In this document: positions 12,449-24,400 of the stretch, in pieces
Layout: each line of letters starts with the position of its first letter
Position numbering within the stretch: the stretch's first letter is position 1
Source of the DNA: Phoronis australis
Lineage: Eukaryota > Animalia > Phoronida
NCBI GenBank assembly: GCA_002633005.1
Contig: NMRA01000338.1
Coordinates: 10,369 to 47,679 of the forward strand
Reading direction: 5' to 3'
Length of the DNA stretch: 37,311 nucleotides
Made by a program: the position numbers and the translations under genes
Notes under the pieces: model-generated
The model's database searches: none
What the model was told of the DNA's origin: nothing
The model's input: only the letters and a program-made list of their open reading frames with translations

Positions 12449-15400
12449 CTGTAAGGACATTGTAAGTTAGTTATGTAGGACATTCATCATTTATTGACAA
12501 GATTTTACACAAAACCAAATATCTAAAAAGCTAACACTTTTGACACTTTTGTACGAAAACAACAACATTTTTTTTCTTTCAATGCAAATGTTCACAACGA
12601 AATCTCAAAATCTGTTACACTTCTCTAAATGATTTTTTCGTTTTCCTTTTATTTTGATTTCTATATTTCCCTAAAACTTCCATTTTGACAATCCATAATG
12701 CCAAAGAGGATATAAAACTTAATCCCTAACCGAATTTTAGAGAACAGAGCGTGCAGTCCAGTAACTGGTTTGACTCCAATCCCCCGTCTTTACTCATTTT
12801 TTGTATCTCCCATTACCTTAATTTTTAATACTGGCATTTAGGTGAGCGATTAAAAAGTCTTTCACTCGGTCCTCGAATGGAAATTAAATAAAACATAATA
12901 TTAGGCAGAGACGGTGTGCGAAAATATATGAAAATTAGAGATTTGTTATGTTAAAAATTAGTTATTAACTGAAATTCTAAGAAATTTCTAAAGTACATTT
13001 AATTATCTTTATTACATATTTAAGATGCTCTGCAAGCAAAATTAATTTGAAGGAAACACCGTCAAGTAGAAAACCAAGGGGCCAAAAACAACGTGCACAA
13101 GATAAATATACTCATACCTGTAATATGTCCACATTCCAGTGTCAGGCTTACGAAGATCGTTGTACTCTGTGGCACCTAGGACAAACATGGGTACACCCAG
13201 TTCGGTCGTAATAGCTTCAATCTTTGACATCCACTCGTCTTTATTCTGAGAGCCGCTCCAGATGCCTGCCTGCAACAAATACGTAAAGGAATGGATATGA
13301 TGTACAGTTACCAAGGGGGGTCTACCTATCTTTGAACAATCACTGAGACGGAGTCAGTGCAACCATCGTTCAGTGTGCATTCTACCCTATCCCACTAATC
13401 TGCAGAATGAAGTGTATAATAATCAAAAAAGGCCAAACTGCATCTGCTTCATTCTACACTGTGGATTGTCTGTTGGCTTAACCAAGACCGCGCCGGGAGT
13501 GAGCTTGCACAAAATTTAAAACGTTACGTAACTCAACAATTTACAAAGTTTAGCCACCTCGTTTGAATTCGGCCTATGTATATTGTTTGAATTACTGCTT
13601 AAAGGAATTGATCCGCTCACTTACGTTATTAGGTGGTTGATATTCAAACCCACCACATCTTTTTTGCATATCACATCGTTGCCCTAAAATACCCTGAAAG
13701 TGTAGATGTAGCTGGTTTACGACTGAATGTATTACCTGGTTGCTCATGATAACGTTGTTGATCCCCTTGTTCTTGTTGTCTTGTATTTTGAGTTTGACAT
13801 TGTCAGACGTGAACATCCAGTCATTTTCGTCGACAGGAAAATCTTCGCCACTTTTCGTTTTGCTAATGGTATTATCCAGGTCAAAAGATGCCACGTGCTC
13901 ACTTGAATAAATCTGGTTCTTCGTTTCGTAGTAGAGAAGGCCGTTGGACAGCTGTGTCCACCAGCCGGGGAGTGTGTTGAGCGGGGGATGTTCACGGGAC
14001 AAGCGACGACCTGAGCTCCAATACACACTCTCGAGGAGATATCCGGCCAGTTCCTCATACCAGTCAGTACCTGGATTGGAGATCATCGATCCAGTGCGGA
14101 AGAATCCTGAATATCCCGGGTGTCGGGCGACCACCTTTTTTGTCGAATAGTAGTCCACCAATGGAAGGTCTATGTTGGGCTCTTTGTAAATCAATTCCCT
14201 GTTGGAGTCATCCACGTGTACAAGAATGATGCACATCTCCGGCTGGCAGTTCAGAGTGAAGCAGTGCTCCGACCCAGGAACTCTGTAAGAATAAGTGTGA
14301 ATGCGTAAACTGATGTTAAGCCACAAGTAAAGTACAGCAACACACCAAGATTTTCACTATTTGGCCATATCTTTTTAATTAATGGAATAGAGTGGCTTAA
14401 TGGATTATTTTCTCGGCATATCACTCGTGTGGTGCATTGGAAAGTTTAATTAGCAATTATTCGTGGAGCGGGATATATGCCGCCAAAATGTTTTGCTCTC
14501 ATGGAAATGTGATGGTCAGTCTAGCGTAAAAGATTGTGTTTTGATTCTTGTCTTCTATAATAGGTATCACAAACTTGTTTTATTTCCAAGTAGATTATGG
14601 TATTTATTTATAGGTAAATGTATTGTAAAACAGCATAAGATTTGTCGCTCTGGTCCTGCATGCGTTTGACCAACCTATATACATATTAAAATTCATGTTG
14701 CTTTACATATAGTATACCATTTCACCTAAAATGTCTGAGCACATACCTGCCACCTTCTCCGTTCCACGAACCAGCTTGTGTCCATAGTGTATCGGGATCC
14801 ACACTAGGGAACGATTGGCACCACACGGCAAAAACGTAACGTGATATTTTATGCTTTGGGGTTGGCTCTCTTGGATCGGGAGTCGCTTCTGGTCTGTTAA
14901 ACTTCGGATAACCTTGAGCATTGCAACCGTCTCTTGGATCAGTTCCCAATGTAGCCATAGCTACTAAGTCTGCAATCTCACGCTCATTGGTGTCTTTGCC
15001 GCAAACCAAAGACCATTTGACAATCAAAGCTGAAGTACCCTTTCCTGTTGAAATCCATTCAGAGGACACTGATACGTCCATACAATTTGAAGCTGACTTC
15101 ACTGGACCCATGTCAACTGCAGCATGTCCGGGGGGTAGTTCGGACTTGAAGGTATTCTTATCTCTTGGAATTGCTAATTCTTTACGAACTGCCACGTTTA
15201 CGTATTTCAGATATTGGAACTTGAGCATGTCTGCCAGTTTTTCGCCCATAGCGAATAGAGTAGCGGCTGGATTTCCGTCGGTTTGTGTTGCGAAGGCTGA
15301 GGCATCACACACTCTGAGATTAGAAACTCCTCTCACTCGTAGAAACTCATCAGCACAGTCTGGCATTTTGCATGTACCGACGGGGTGAAGTGCAGACACC

Positions 15401-18400
15401 AGCATTCCACGCATCCATGCGTCCAACTTATCGTCCGTATCTATATCCAGCCCTGGTGCAACTTCGTCTAAAACCAGTTCTTTCAACTCTTTGCTAACGT
15501 TTTTTCCAAAGAACATGTTGCGCAACAGGCGAATTTGATCTCGGACAAGCTTGGAGACCTTCTTGAACTCTTCTGTCGGTACCCCATCTTCAGTGTATCC
15601 CCAGCCATACTCTATCTCCGGCTTGTCGAATATGTGTGAAGTGACTGCTTTGACATGGCCGCGATACTCAGGCCACTGATCGATGATACGAATAGTACCT
15701 AAAGGAATCAATAACACAAAGCAAAATTATGTTTTTCTCACAGGTATATACATTATTTTAATGTTATCATAGAACTCTGGGAATGGAATGTCTTTTTTCA
15801 TCTCACTAAGGCAATGGGAAAGTGACATCTTAACTATAATAACACTTTTCGCAACTTTTCCGTTTTTCATCCGAATTGCGTTCAAGCGCATTGCATCAGA
15901 GTCATATTAAAAAGTCCTCCATGAACTCTCGATGGTGTATGATTATACTAGAAGCAAAAGATAAGAAATTAATTTCATAAATAAATTTTATTTTGCAGGC
16001 ACTAATTGACTGATTATTATCTAATTTTCAACTAATTAGCTTGAACTGTCAAAGAATTTGGGATGTATTACAAAAATGATACAGAGGTAGACATTACATA
16101 AATGACTAATGACGCCGGCAGATTCAAAAGATTGCTACCGGTTACAGACAAAGTTTTTGAACAATGGATGCCTCACAGTTGCTGTGAAGAATCTAGTCAG
16201 ACATTCATCCGTTTGATACAACGACATTTTTCAATAAAAATCAGGGTTCAATGACACTTACATGTACAAAAACCGTGATAAACTAAATACCCTAATTATC
16301 TATCTGAAATATGCGGATAAGGGTTTTCCGATAGATAAAAATGGCCAAACATTTTTTGTAGATTTGAAGCATGTGGATAGCTCAATGCATTGCTTGCAGT
16401 TAAGGGGAAATCTAGGAATAAACACATTTTTTCACGAATTAAAATTAGTGCTGTGTGTTACAACAAACAAGACACGCTGGAAAATATTTTTATAATTGTT
16501 ATGTTACTAAGGAAAACGGACTCTGGAAAATCAAATATTCATAACAAAGACATACTGTTATTTGGAGCACCAGTTGCACAGCTGTCAGTATTCGAGAATG
16601 AGAAAACGGGACAACTTGATTGAAAAGCGAAAAATCTGGATTAAAAGCGGGACACCAGGGCTCTGCCACAGCGTCAGAAAGAAAATAATGTTCGTCGCAA
16701 CACACAAAAAACGTTTTTTTGTTAAACGACAGACTGCAGGTGCTGTAATACCCAAAAGTGCGTTCCTTATTTTTGGTCAAATTGGAAGTTGCGGGTGCTA
16801 CGAAAAAAACAAATTGTGCTTTCTTTTTAGTGGAACTCGAGAATGAGGCTATGCCGCGAGGGTAATCACAATAGTACATATCAATAATGTGTCAATTACG
16901 CAGTGTGTCGAAAAATGAGACATTTTGATGGTGTAGCGGGCACTTGGGAAAACTTCAAAAAACGGGACAGTCTGCCAAGAGCGGGACAGTTGGTAAATGC
17001 AATGTATGCTGTCGGTAACACAAAGTATTAGATTGGATTCCTTTACGAGGGGAAATTTTCACGAGTAAAGGTTGATAACATTACCACATCACTGATCAGA
17101 AAATGAATAAACATTCAATCTAGGCAACTGATAAACATTGCACCAATGAATTATTGTGGAAACAAGACAAGCAGTAATAATTTATAAATGTATATATTTA
17201 CACGAGCTCACCTACTCAAATAAGTGCATGAGTACTGAAACACGCCTTTTCGTTTATAATTGCAGGACAAACTCTCAGAAACCTAGTATCTCCTCTTAAC
17301 GTAAAATTCGGTTATTGTCAAAAGTTGACTGTGGGTTTAGTTTAAATTTAGTTTAAAAAGTACTTGTAGCTATGCTTTGTGATTGCGCGTGGATAGAAAG
17401 ATAATGCTTAAATCCAGTAATTACTTTATTACATGATAATCACTAATTAAAACTAGTAAAACTTGTTGTTAATTAAGTACACTAACTATGAAGAAAAGTT
17501 ACTACGCTAGCACCTTCTATAGGGATCAAACGTGCTATCTGCTGTCCAAGCTGTAGGAATCGACACTGTTGGTCTGTCCGTGAACTAACGCACACTGCAC
17601 CTCAGCAGTGTACTTGATGGTCACAGTCCTTCGTGACGCAACACAAATCTGTAGTATCGCTTAGCCAGATACAACGCTGGACATAGTCCTTCGTGACGCA
17701 ACGACACGCGTAGGTAATATCTGACTAACCATAGTTCTTCTTGCTGGCCATAGACTCTTGTAACGCAACGCGTGTAGGCAGTTGTTTTTTACTACCTACG
17801 GTTCCTCTTGCTAGTCACAATCCCTAGTGACGCAATACTTGTGGGCAGTGAGTTTGTGGTTAATTTCCTGTTCGGTAAGGTGACACTGAACAGTTAGGCT
17901 GTGCCCGCGGCCATTTTCCACTACCGAATATTAGAATCTAGGATAGGCTAAGTTTGGGGGCATTTTTATTTAGGTACTGTATGTAGGCCAAGTGAATGCG
18001 GATTGTTTGTATCTATGAACATGTTGAGAATGAAAAAAGACCACTTGCTTGGCTGTAGCGGCACTCTTCATCAAGATGACGGCCCCCTGTTGCAATTGTG
18101 TGTTGCTGGTTAACGACTGGGGAATTGGCTGCGATTTCACGAAGTTCTCAAACAAGCCAGTGACATGTGTTCTGATATGAAAACTACCATGAGAACTGTT
18201 ATACTTGTACGTCCCCTAACCGTTACATTTGCAAAGATTATCTTTAGAATCTTCCACGAGAGGGCTCTTGTGTATTATTTCTTCAGTACACTGAAGCACG
18301 TCCTATAACTCAACAGTCAAATTCCATCTTATTAATTTACCGATTTCTGCCCAGTGTTACGATATTGCTAAAGCACTGTATTCATAATGACAAAAAAACA

Positions 18401-21400
18401 GGACAGCCTTTCATTTTCCTATCAAAATCAATTTTCCAGAATTGTATATATTTACATGTATAGCTTTGTTTACGTAGAGTTCTATTCAATGATTTGGCAG
18501 AGACTCGTGCGACAAATTCTGGCATATTTGTCAGCAAGAATAGATCACCAAGAGATATTATAATGATATATAAATGACGGTTACATTTCGAAACTGCTCA
18601 TGTCTCGTCTTCACTCAATACACCTGTTAGTAAAATATCTCGGTCAAGAAATTGATGAAATTTGAATATACCTTCGAGTGTATCGCTGGAGTCCTCGTAT
18701 TGCTTGTTTTGTGCATCATCTTCGTATTCAGGAGGGTCAGCTGTGCATAGCGCACCTGTGAACAACGAACGAATGAATGAATAAATGAATGTCTTAATTA
18801 GTGAGAGAAAGCACGGATAATGAATGAATGTGGGAATGAATAATTAAATGAAATGATATCCATTCATTTTATGGAGGAACAAAGGTGTATACCAAATAGT
18901 GATGATCACACTTACATGTAGTGGTAACCACTCAGCTAGATGTATGAAGAATAAAAACGTCAAAAGACGACCAGATGGACAATCATTGGACACATGTCTC
19001 CTATCTTACATTTCCGCGGCTACTTCAGTGCGAGAGGTGATATAGGAACTTTGGGTAATTCATTATCCAGTCAACTGAACAAAGTGTTCAAGAATACAAT
19101 TTCATTTTCATTAAGAATTTTAATTTCAATGTTGGAGAAAAGTAAGCCTGAAATATTTTGTTGCCCACTAGGTGTCAGGGCAGTATGGTTAGATCAACCA
19201 ATTATACGACTACGAAATAATTATTGTGAGCGTGTCGGTTCCAAAGTGTGTGGTGTTTTTCAAACCAAAGAGGAGTTTTACCCAGTTATGACACTTCTGA
19301 GCCGATTAATTATTGTCTCATTGCATGGTTTATCCACACAGCAGCAGACTCATAAGGTATCTGTCCCCTGAATCGCTATTGATCAGTCACAAAAACTGTG
19401 TTGAATGAGCAGCTCACAGGTGTGTACTGCACGCTGGCTCTTTCTTTTGGGTTGCGGTTGTCCTACCGTGTGTTGCAGTCATACTCTCTGCTTGTATGAC
19501 CCTCTTCCCGCCGTCACGTGTATTTCACTGTCTATTACGCTATGTATATGATCATTCCACTTATTTCCTGATGATGATCACTGCAGTCTCAAAACATAGC
19601 TTGTGTTTTAATTTGTTTGTTTGTTATGTCTCTCGGTGTTTAACTACATAGCTGCACACCTGAGAAAGGATATTATTCCGACACCACCAGCGAACCAGTA
19701 TGAAGCTTTCGCACAGAAAGTCTAGTCGTGTTTTTAACGATGTTTGTGTAAACGAAGGGCTGTCACTGAACTATAGAGACTTGAATGAGAAGATTCCTAA
19801 ATAATCTGAAGGTGGTTTAAACTGCTACAGTATTAAGCAGCAAATGACAGCGACACGATCCCAGTCTTGACCTGTCGAATTTGTTGGCCATAATTAAGGT
19901 AAGGGGTTGCCTAGGAAATACAAAAGGTATAACTACAGACTCAATGTTATAGATCGTCATAACATTACCAGTCTCGTCAAATAGCTTGGAGTTTCCCATC
20001 ACATAGAGCTGGATGTCGGACATCGAAGCGGGAACACGGGAGACGTTAGAGCGATAATGTATGATCCAGGAAAATGGACCGTTGATGCTGGCCAAATCCC
20101 CTGTATTGTATTCGGTACCGTCAATGTCAACTTTTGGTGGAGTGCCGCAGCACAAGTCATCGGACGCTGAACTAAGTTTTAGAACGTACGGTACCGAGAT
20201 ATGGTCCCATAAATGCTGGCCCACATGCTTGTTCTCAGCAACAAGGTCTACGCCGATATCTTTGAGAAGCTTTTTAGGCCCGACTCCGCTCACCTGCAGT
20301 AAAACTAATGTATATCAAGCAAGTTTCAATCGAAAGATTTTCATAACACGGAATGCACGAAGGAAACGTATAATGTCCTTCGGTTGGTTGCTTCGTCAGT
20401 TGTTCGTTGGCTGGCATGATTGGCTGACTGGTAAATGGGTTAGATGGTTGGTTGGTTTACTACTTACTTAACAGCTGTTCTATCAACAATATAATAATTA
20501 GTTTATTATGCTTATTCGTTAGATTGCAAACTGTCCATACCAACCTCGGTAACAACAGGCACGCCTAATCGGACCTACATTTTCAGGAAGTGCTTCGGGA
20601 GGATTTTCTTTAAATCAATTTTACGTCGTCATCTGCATATATAAAAACTCTTGGTTGCTTCTGTCTTTCACGGTTAGAAATATCCAGGATATTTAAAAGA
20701 TTTGGCCACACTTGATTGACTTCGCCGGTTTTGCAAGGTCAACTAGTGTCTGAATGGTTTGTTAGCCGGAAGTCGTCACCAAAACCCTTTGAGATGTCTT
20801 GGCTGGTTGACCCAACTATGTTGGCGAAGTCAATCAATTGTAACCATTATGAACACTGAAATAAAACTATAAGTGAGTACATGATAGCGGATGAAAAATA
20901 GTTTACACGTGACATGGCATACGTCATAAAACATGAAATGTATGAGCTTATACGTAAATATCAAATGTACCTGAAGTAAATGTGGTGTATCGAAAGAGCC
21001 CGCACCAACGATGACTTCTTTTCGGACGAATGCCTTTTTAGTCTGCCCATTTTCTTCGTCCCAGAAGGTCACTCCAATGGCTTTGCGCTCTTCGTTGAAC
21101 AGGATCTCTACACATGCAGTAACAATTTCATTTAGGGTTAATAATCGATAGAAAATTATAAGCCGGAAGTGATGTATACATCATATCAGAACATGGAGTT
21201 GGCAATGGGCTGCCTCATACATAACAGGTGTAGCCTTCGAGCAATAGAAATTTCCTCAACCCATGAGCTTTATAATGAAGAACAAAGGTCGTCCTTGCCA
21301 GACACCTCAATAGCCTTCAGGTGCAAATTTCGGGATGACAAGAGCCAAACAAGCCTGAACAAATTTTCCGTCATTGAACGACTTGCTGACTTAATCAAAA

Positions 21401-24400
21401 GTACCACCATGTTTGGTTTTCACTCAGCCTCTTGAAAGAAACCCGGCCTAGGGTGAATTTCAGGCAAAATCGGAGCAAGAGCGTACTAATCCAATATGGT
21501 CTGGAAATTGATTACAATTTTCCAATGCGTATTCCGAACTGTACGCAGTGCGTATATATCCCTAAAGTCTATTGGACACTCTCTGAGTTAATGAGGTGGT
21601 ACACTAGCCACGACTACCTTGCACATAGTAGAATTTGGCGGCAGTTTTATGGTATACATTGCAAATAGGTTAAGTGATTGTGGTTTGTTGGTAGTTACGA
21701 CCATGTTGTAAGTCCACTACTTCACCAGCATATAAACTTTTCATTAAAACGGTAACTCCTTGTACCATTGTTACACTGTTGATAAGCGACTGGTTAATCT
21801 GCTGCGATTTCTACCAGCCCTCAAGTAATCCAGAATTTCAAAAATCCTAGGCGGATGTAAGCACTTTGGACCACATGTGTGGAATTTATAGAAGTATATT
21901 TGTCGTGTCTCGGGCATTCACAAGGAAGTGTCGTCGTCGATGGCGAGTTCTCAAATTCCTTTCCAGTTCAGTCAGGGGTGACCCAGGGTTCTGTCTTTGG
22001 TCCTGCACTCCTCATACTATATATGTTAACTACCTTCCTGATTTCATTATTTCATACGTCCGTCTCTTTTTCGATAATTCAATCCTCTAAAGACGTATTG
22101 CTTCCCCCATTTTTGCAAAAAAATCAAAAAGATTTAGACTCCCTAGCCTACCGGGAAAACTCCTGGAAATTGGATTTAATCGTTTCCAAATGCAATATTC
22201 TACGTGTCCACAGAAAATTTTCCCCCAGGATATACTGTCACAGTATTCACAGCTCACCACTCACGTGCATCCTACCTTGGGCTCTTTCTAACCAATAATT
22301 TATTATGGAACACTCACAAAGACGCAATCATCTCTAAGGCAAACAAACTCTCTGCTTCTTTAAGCGGAACTTCAAATGTGCACCTCGTGAAACAAACACC
22401 TTGGCCTACACTTCATTGATGAGGCGCACAGTTGATTATCACTCCACTGGTTTTCCTCCACACGCTCCAATATTGGCAAGATAGAAAGAATATAGCGTTC
22501 AGCAGCCAGGTTCATCTATTATGGTCACTCTAGAGCTGATTTCTTACGTCCATGCCCACCACTCGCACCGGGCCCATTCTTCAAGAAAGACGTGCTCAAA
22601 AGAAACTGTTTCACATGTACAAGATCGTGTACACACTTGTTGCCATTCCTAACACATACCCTAGACACCTGCATATTTCTAGATCACGCAATGCCCACTC
22701 TCATACCTTTGAAAGAACATACATTCCCACTATATACTACGCAAATTCGTTCTTCACGTTCACTGTTTTACTCTGAAATAGACTCCCACAACATGCCATT
22801 CTATCAGAAATAATAGAGATTTTCAGGAGTTGCATCTTAAACATCAATCTTACTCAGGAAATAATAAAACTTGTTTTTATCCTGGCAATAACCCGCATTT
22901 TTTGTTATTTTCACAGTTATGCACAGCTCAAATTTATCACTAACATGCGCCAACACACAGGAAGCAGTACTTCAATCGCTTGTTGTACGTTGAAGAAGAA
23001 GTGGTGGCTTTGAGTTGATAAGTGTCAATTATGCGTTTTATGCCACCGAATTTTCAGGTTTGACTTGCTGATCAGTGGAAGCGAGCGGAGCAAAAATGAG
23101 ACAGGATGAAGTTCATGCGGTCATGTGTGGCACTTCTGACCTGAAATATCCAGCAGCCTTTTATTCTGCTCATACAAATCTCCTCAGAGTGGACGAAAGA
23201 CCGTAAGTCCAGTGGTATGTGCACCGTCAGGCAAAACCTAATGTCTAGTGCCTTCTAACGTTTGTTACGGTTTTCAATCAAATGCGGCCACGGGAAGCCG
23301 ATTATATTTACTCCAGAAATGAAGAGCGTCTGCTCATTATTGCAGAGCTGACCAACGAATAAAAGAAATGTTGAAACTTCCGCGGGTAAAATGGCTCAGA
23401 ATAGGATAACCCTGAAAGACCCAAACTGCTGCAGTTCTTCTGCCACAAACACTAATGCCGCCTGCTGGAAATATCACGGAGTCTTGGGCACCCCTATAAG
23501 ATCGCATTCGCAAAAAGCCAGATATGTGTTTGTCAAAGGGGAACCAAACTGGCCCCCGCCGCTTCGGGAATCGCATACTTTAACGGCTTCTATATCATTT
23601 GGTAAAGATTACTCTTGTGTGAAGGTGAGCCTGATGAACATCTTTGCAAAGTTTTATTTGCAACTGCAGAACGTTGAAATGTCCCTCTCGGTGTGCATTG
23701 CGTCATCATTTTAAAAACTCCAACTTAAACGGGCCAATGCTCGTTAACTGAGTAATAACTTCTAGGGGGGTCCAAAACAGTTCAGAAGAGAAAAACACCT
23801 GCCACGTTTCAACGTGATTTTCAAAACGTTTGGAGGACAGGGCAAAGCAGACGACAAAGAAAACAAAAACGAGAAAACAGAAGGAAGTTCACTAGGGGAA
23901 ACAAGCTAGGTCAAATCCATCTGAAACATGACCGGTGCTGTTGTCTGAGTCATTATAACTTAATTCCCAAATTTCCTTTAGACCCATCAAGAGCTCGTAT
24001 TCAACCGTTGAAAAATTAATTGCCACAAGAGGGCGACACAGATATTCGACCCAATCAAACGTCTTCGTCACATTTGGAACACATAATCCTTAGTGTTATT
24101 TGGCTGATAACGCAAACAGAGTCACAAATAATCATTATGGCCACTGAATAGCGTACAATATCTTGAACCTTCCGAGAATGGGAACGTGTCATTGATTCTT
24201 TTATAGAAACCAATTTGCTAGTTCAGAAATGTCCGTCAAGGGACACACATGTAAGATAAGAAAGAAAACGCAGGAAGTTAAATTACCACTAGGAGGCACA
24301 GCGGTAATTGGATAAGGTTTGGAAGCCCTTGTCATTCGTTGTCACGTTCCTTAAAATAAACCATTCCGATTTAAAAAGATCTTTAAGAGGTATAGGCGTT

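Noticed and set aside
13592-14326. Stand-alone PNKP gene starting at the 244-aa ORF
   Set aside because: The ORF has a non-ATG start in intron-like sequence, a good acceptor at 14283 is in frame with exon 10, and no FHA or kinase is present. Not fully excluded without transcripts.
14921-15388. 155-aa plus-strand ORF, and similar ones at 20061-20471, 12129-12465 and 28600-28947
   Set aside because: Antisense shadows of real exons with no recognisable motifs.
17621-17836. CRISPR-like repeat-spacer pattern
   Set aside because: Eukaryotic intron, degenerate cores, the later intervening segments resemble each other, and no cas genes.
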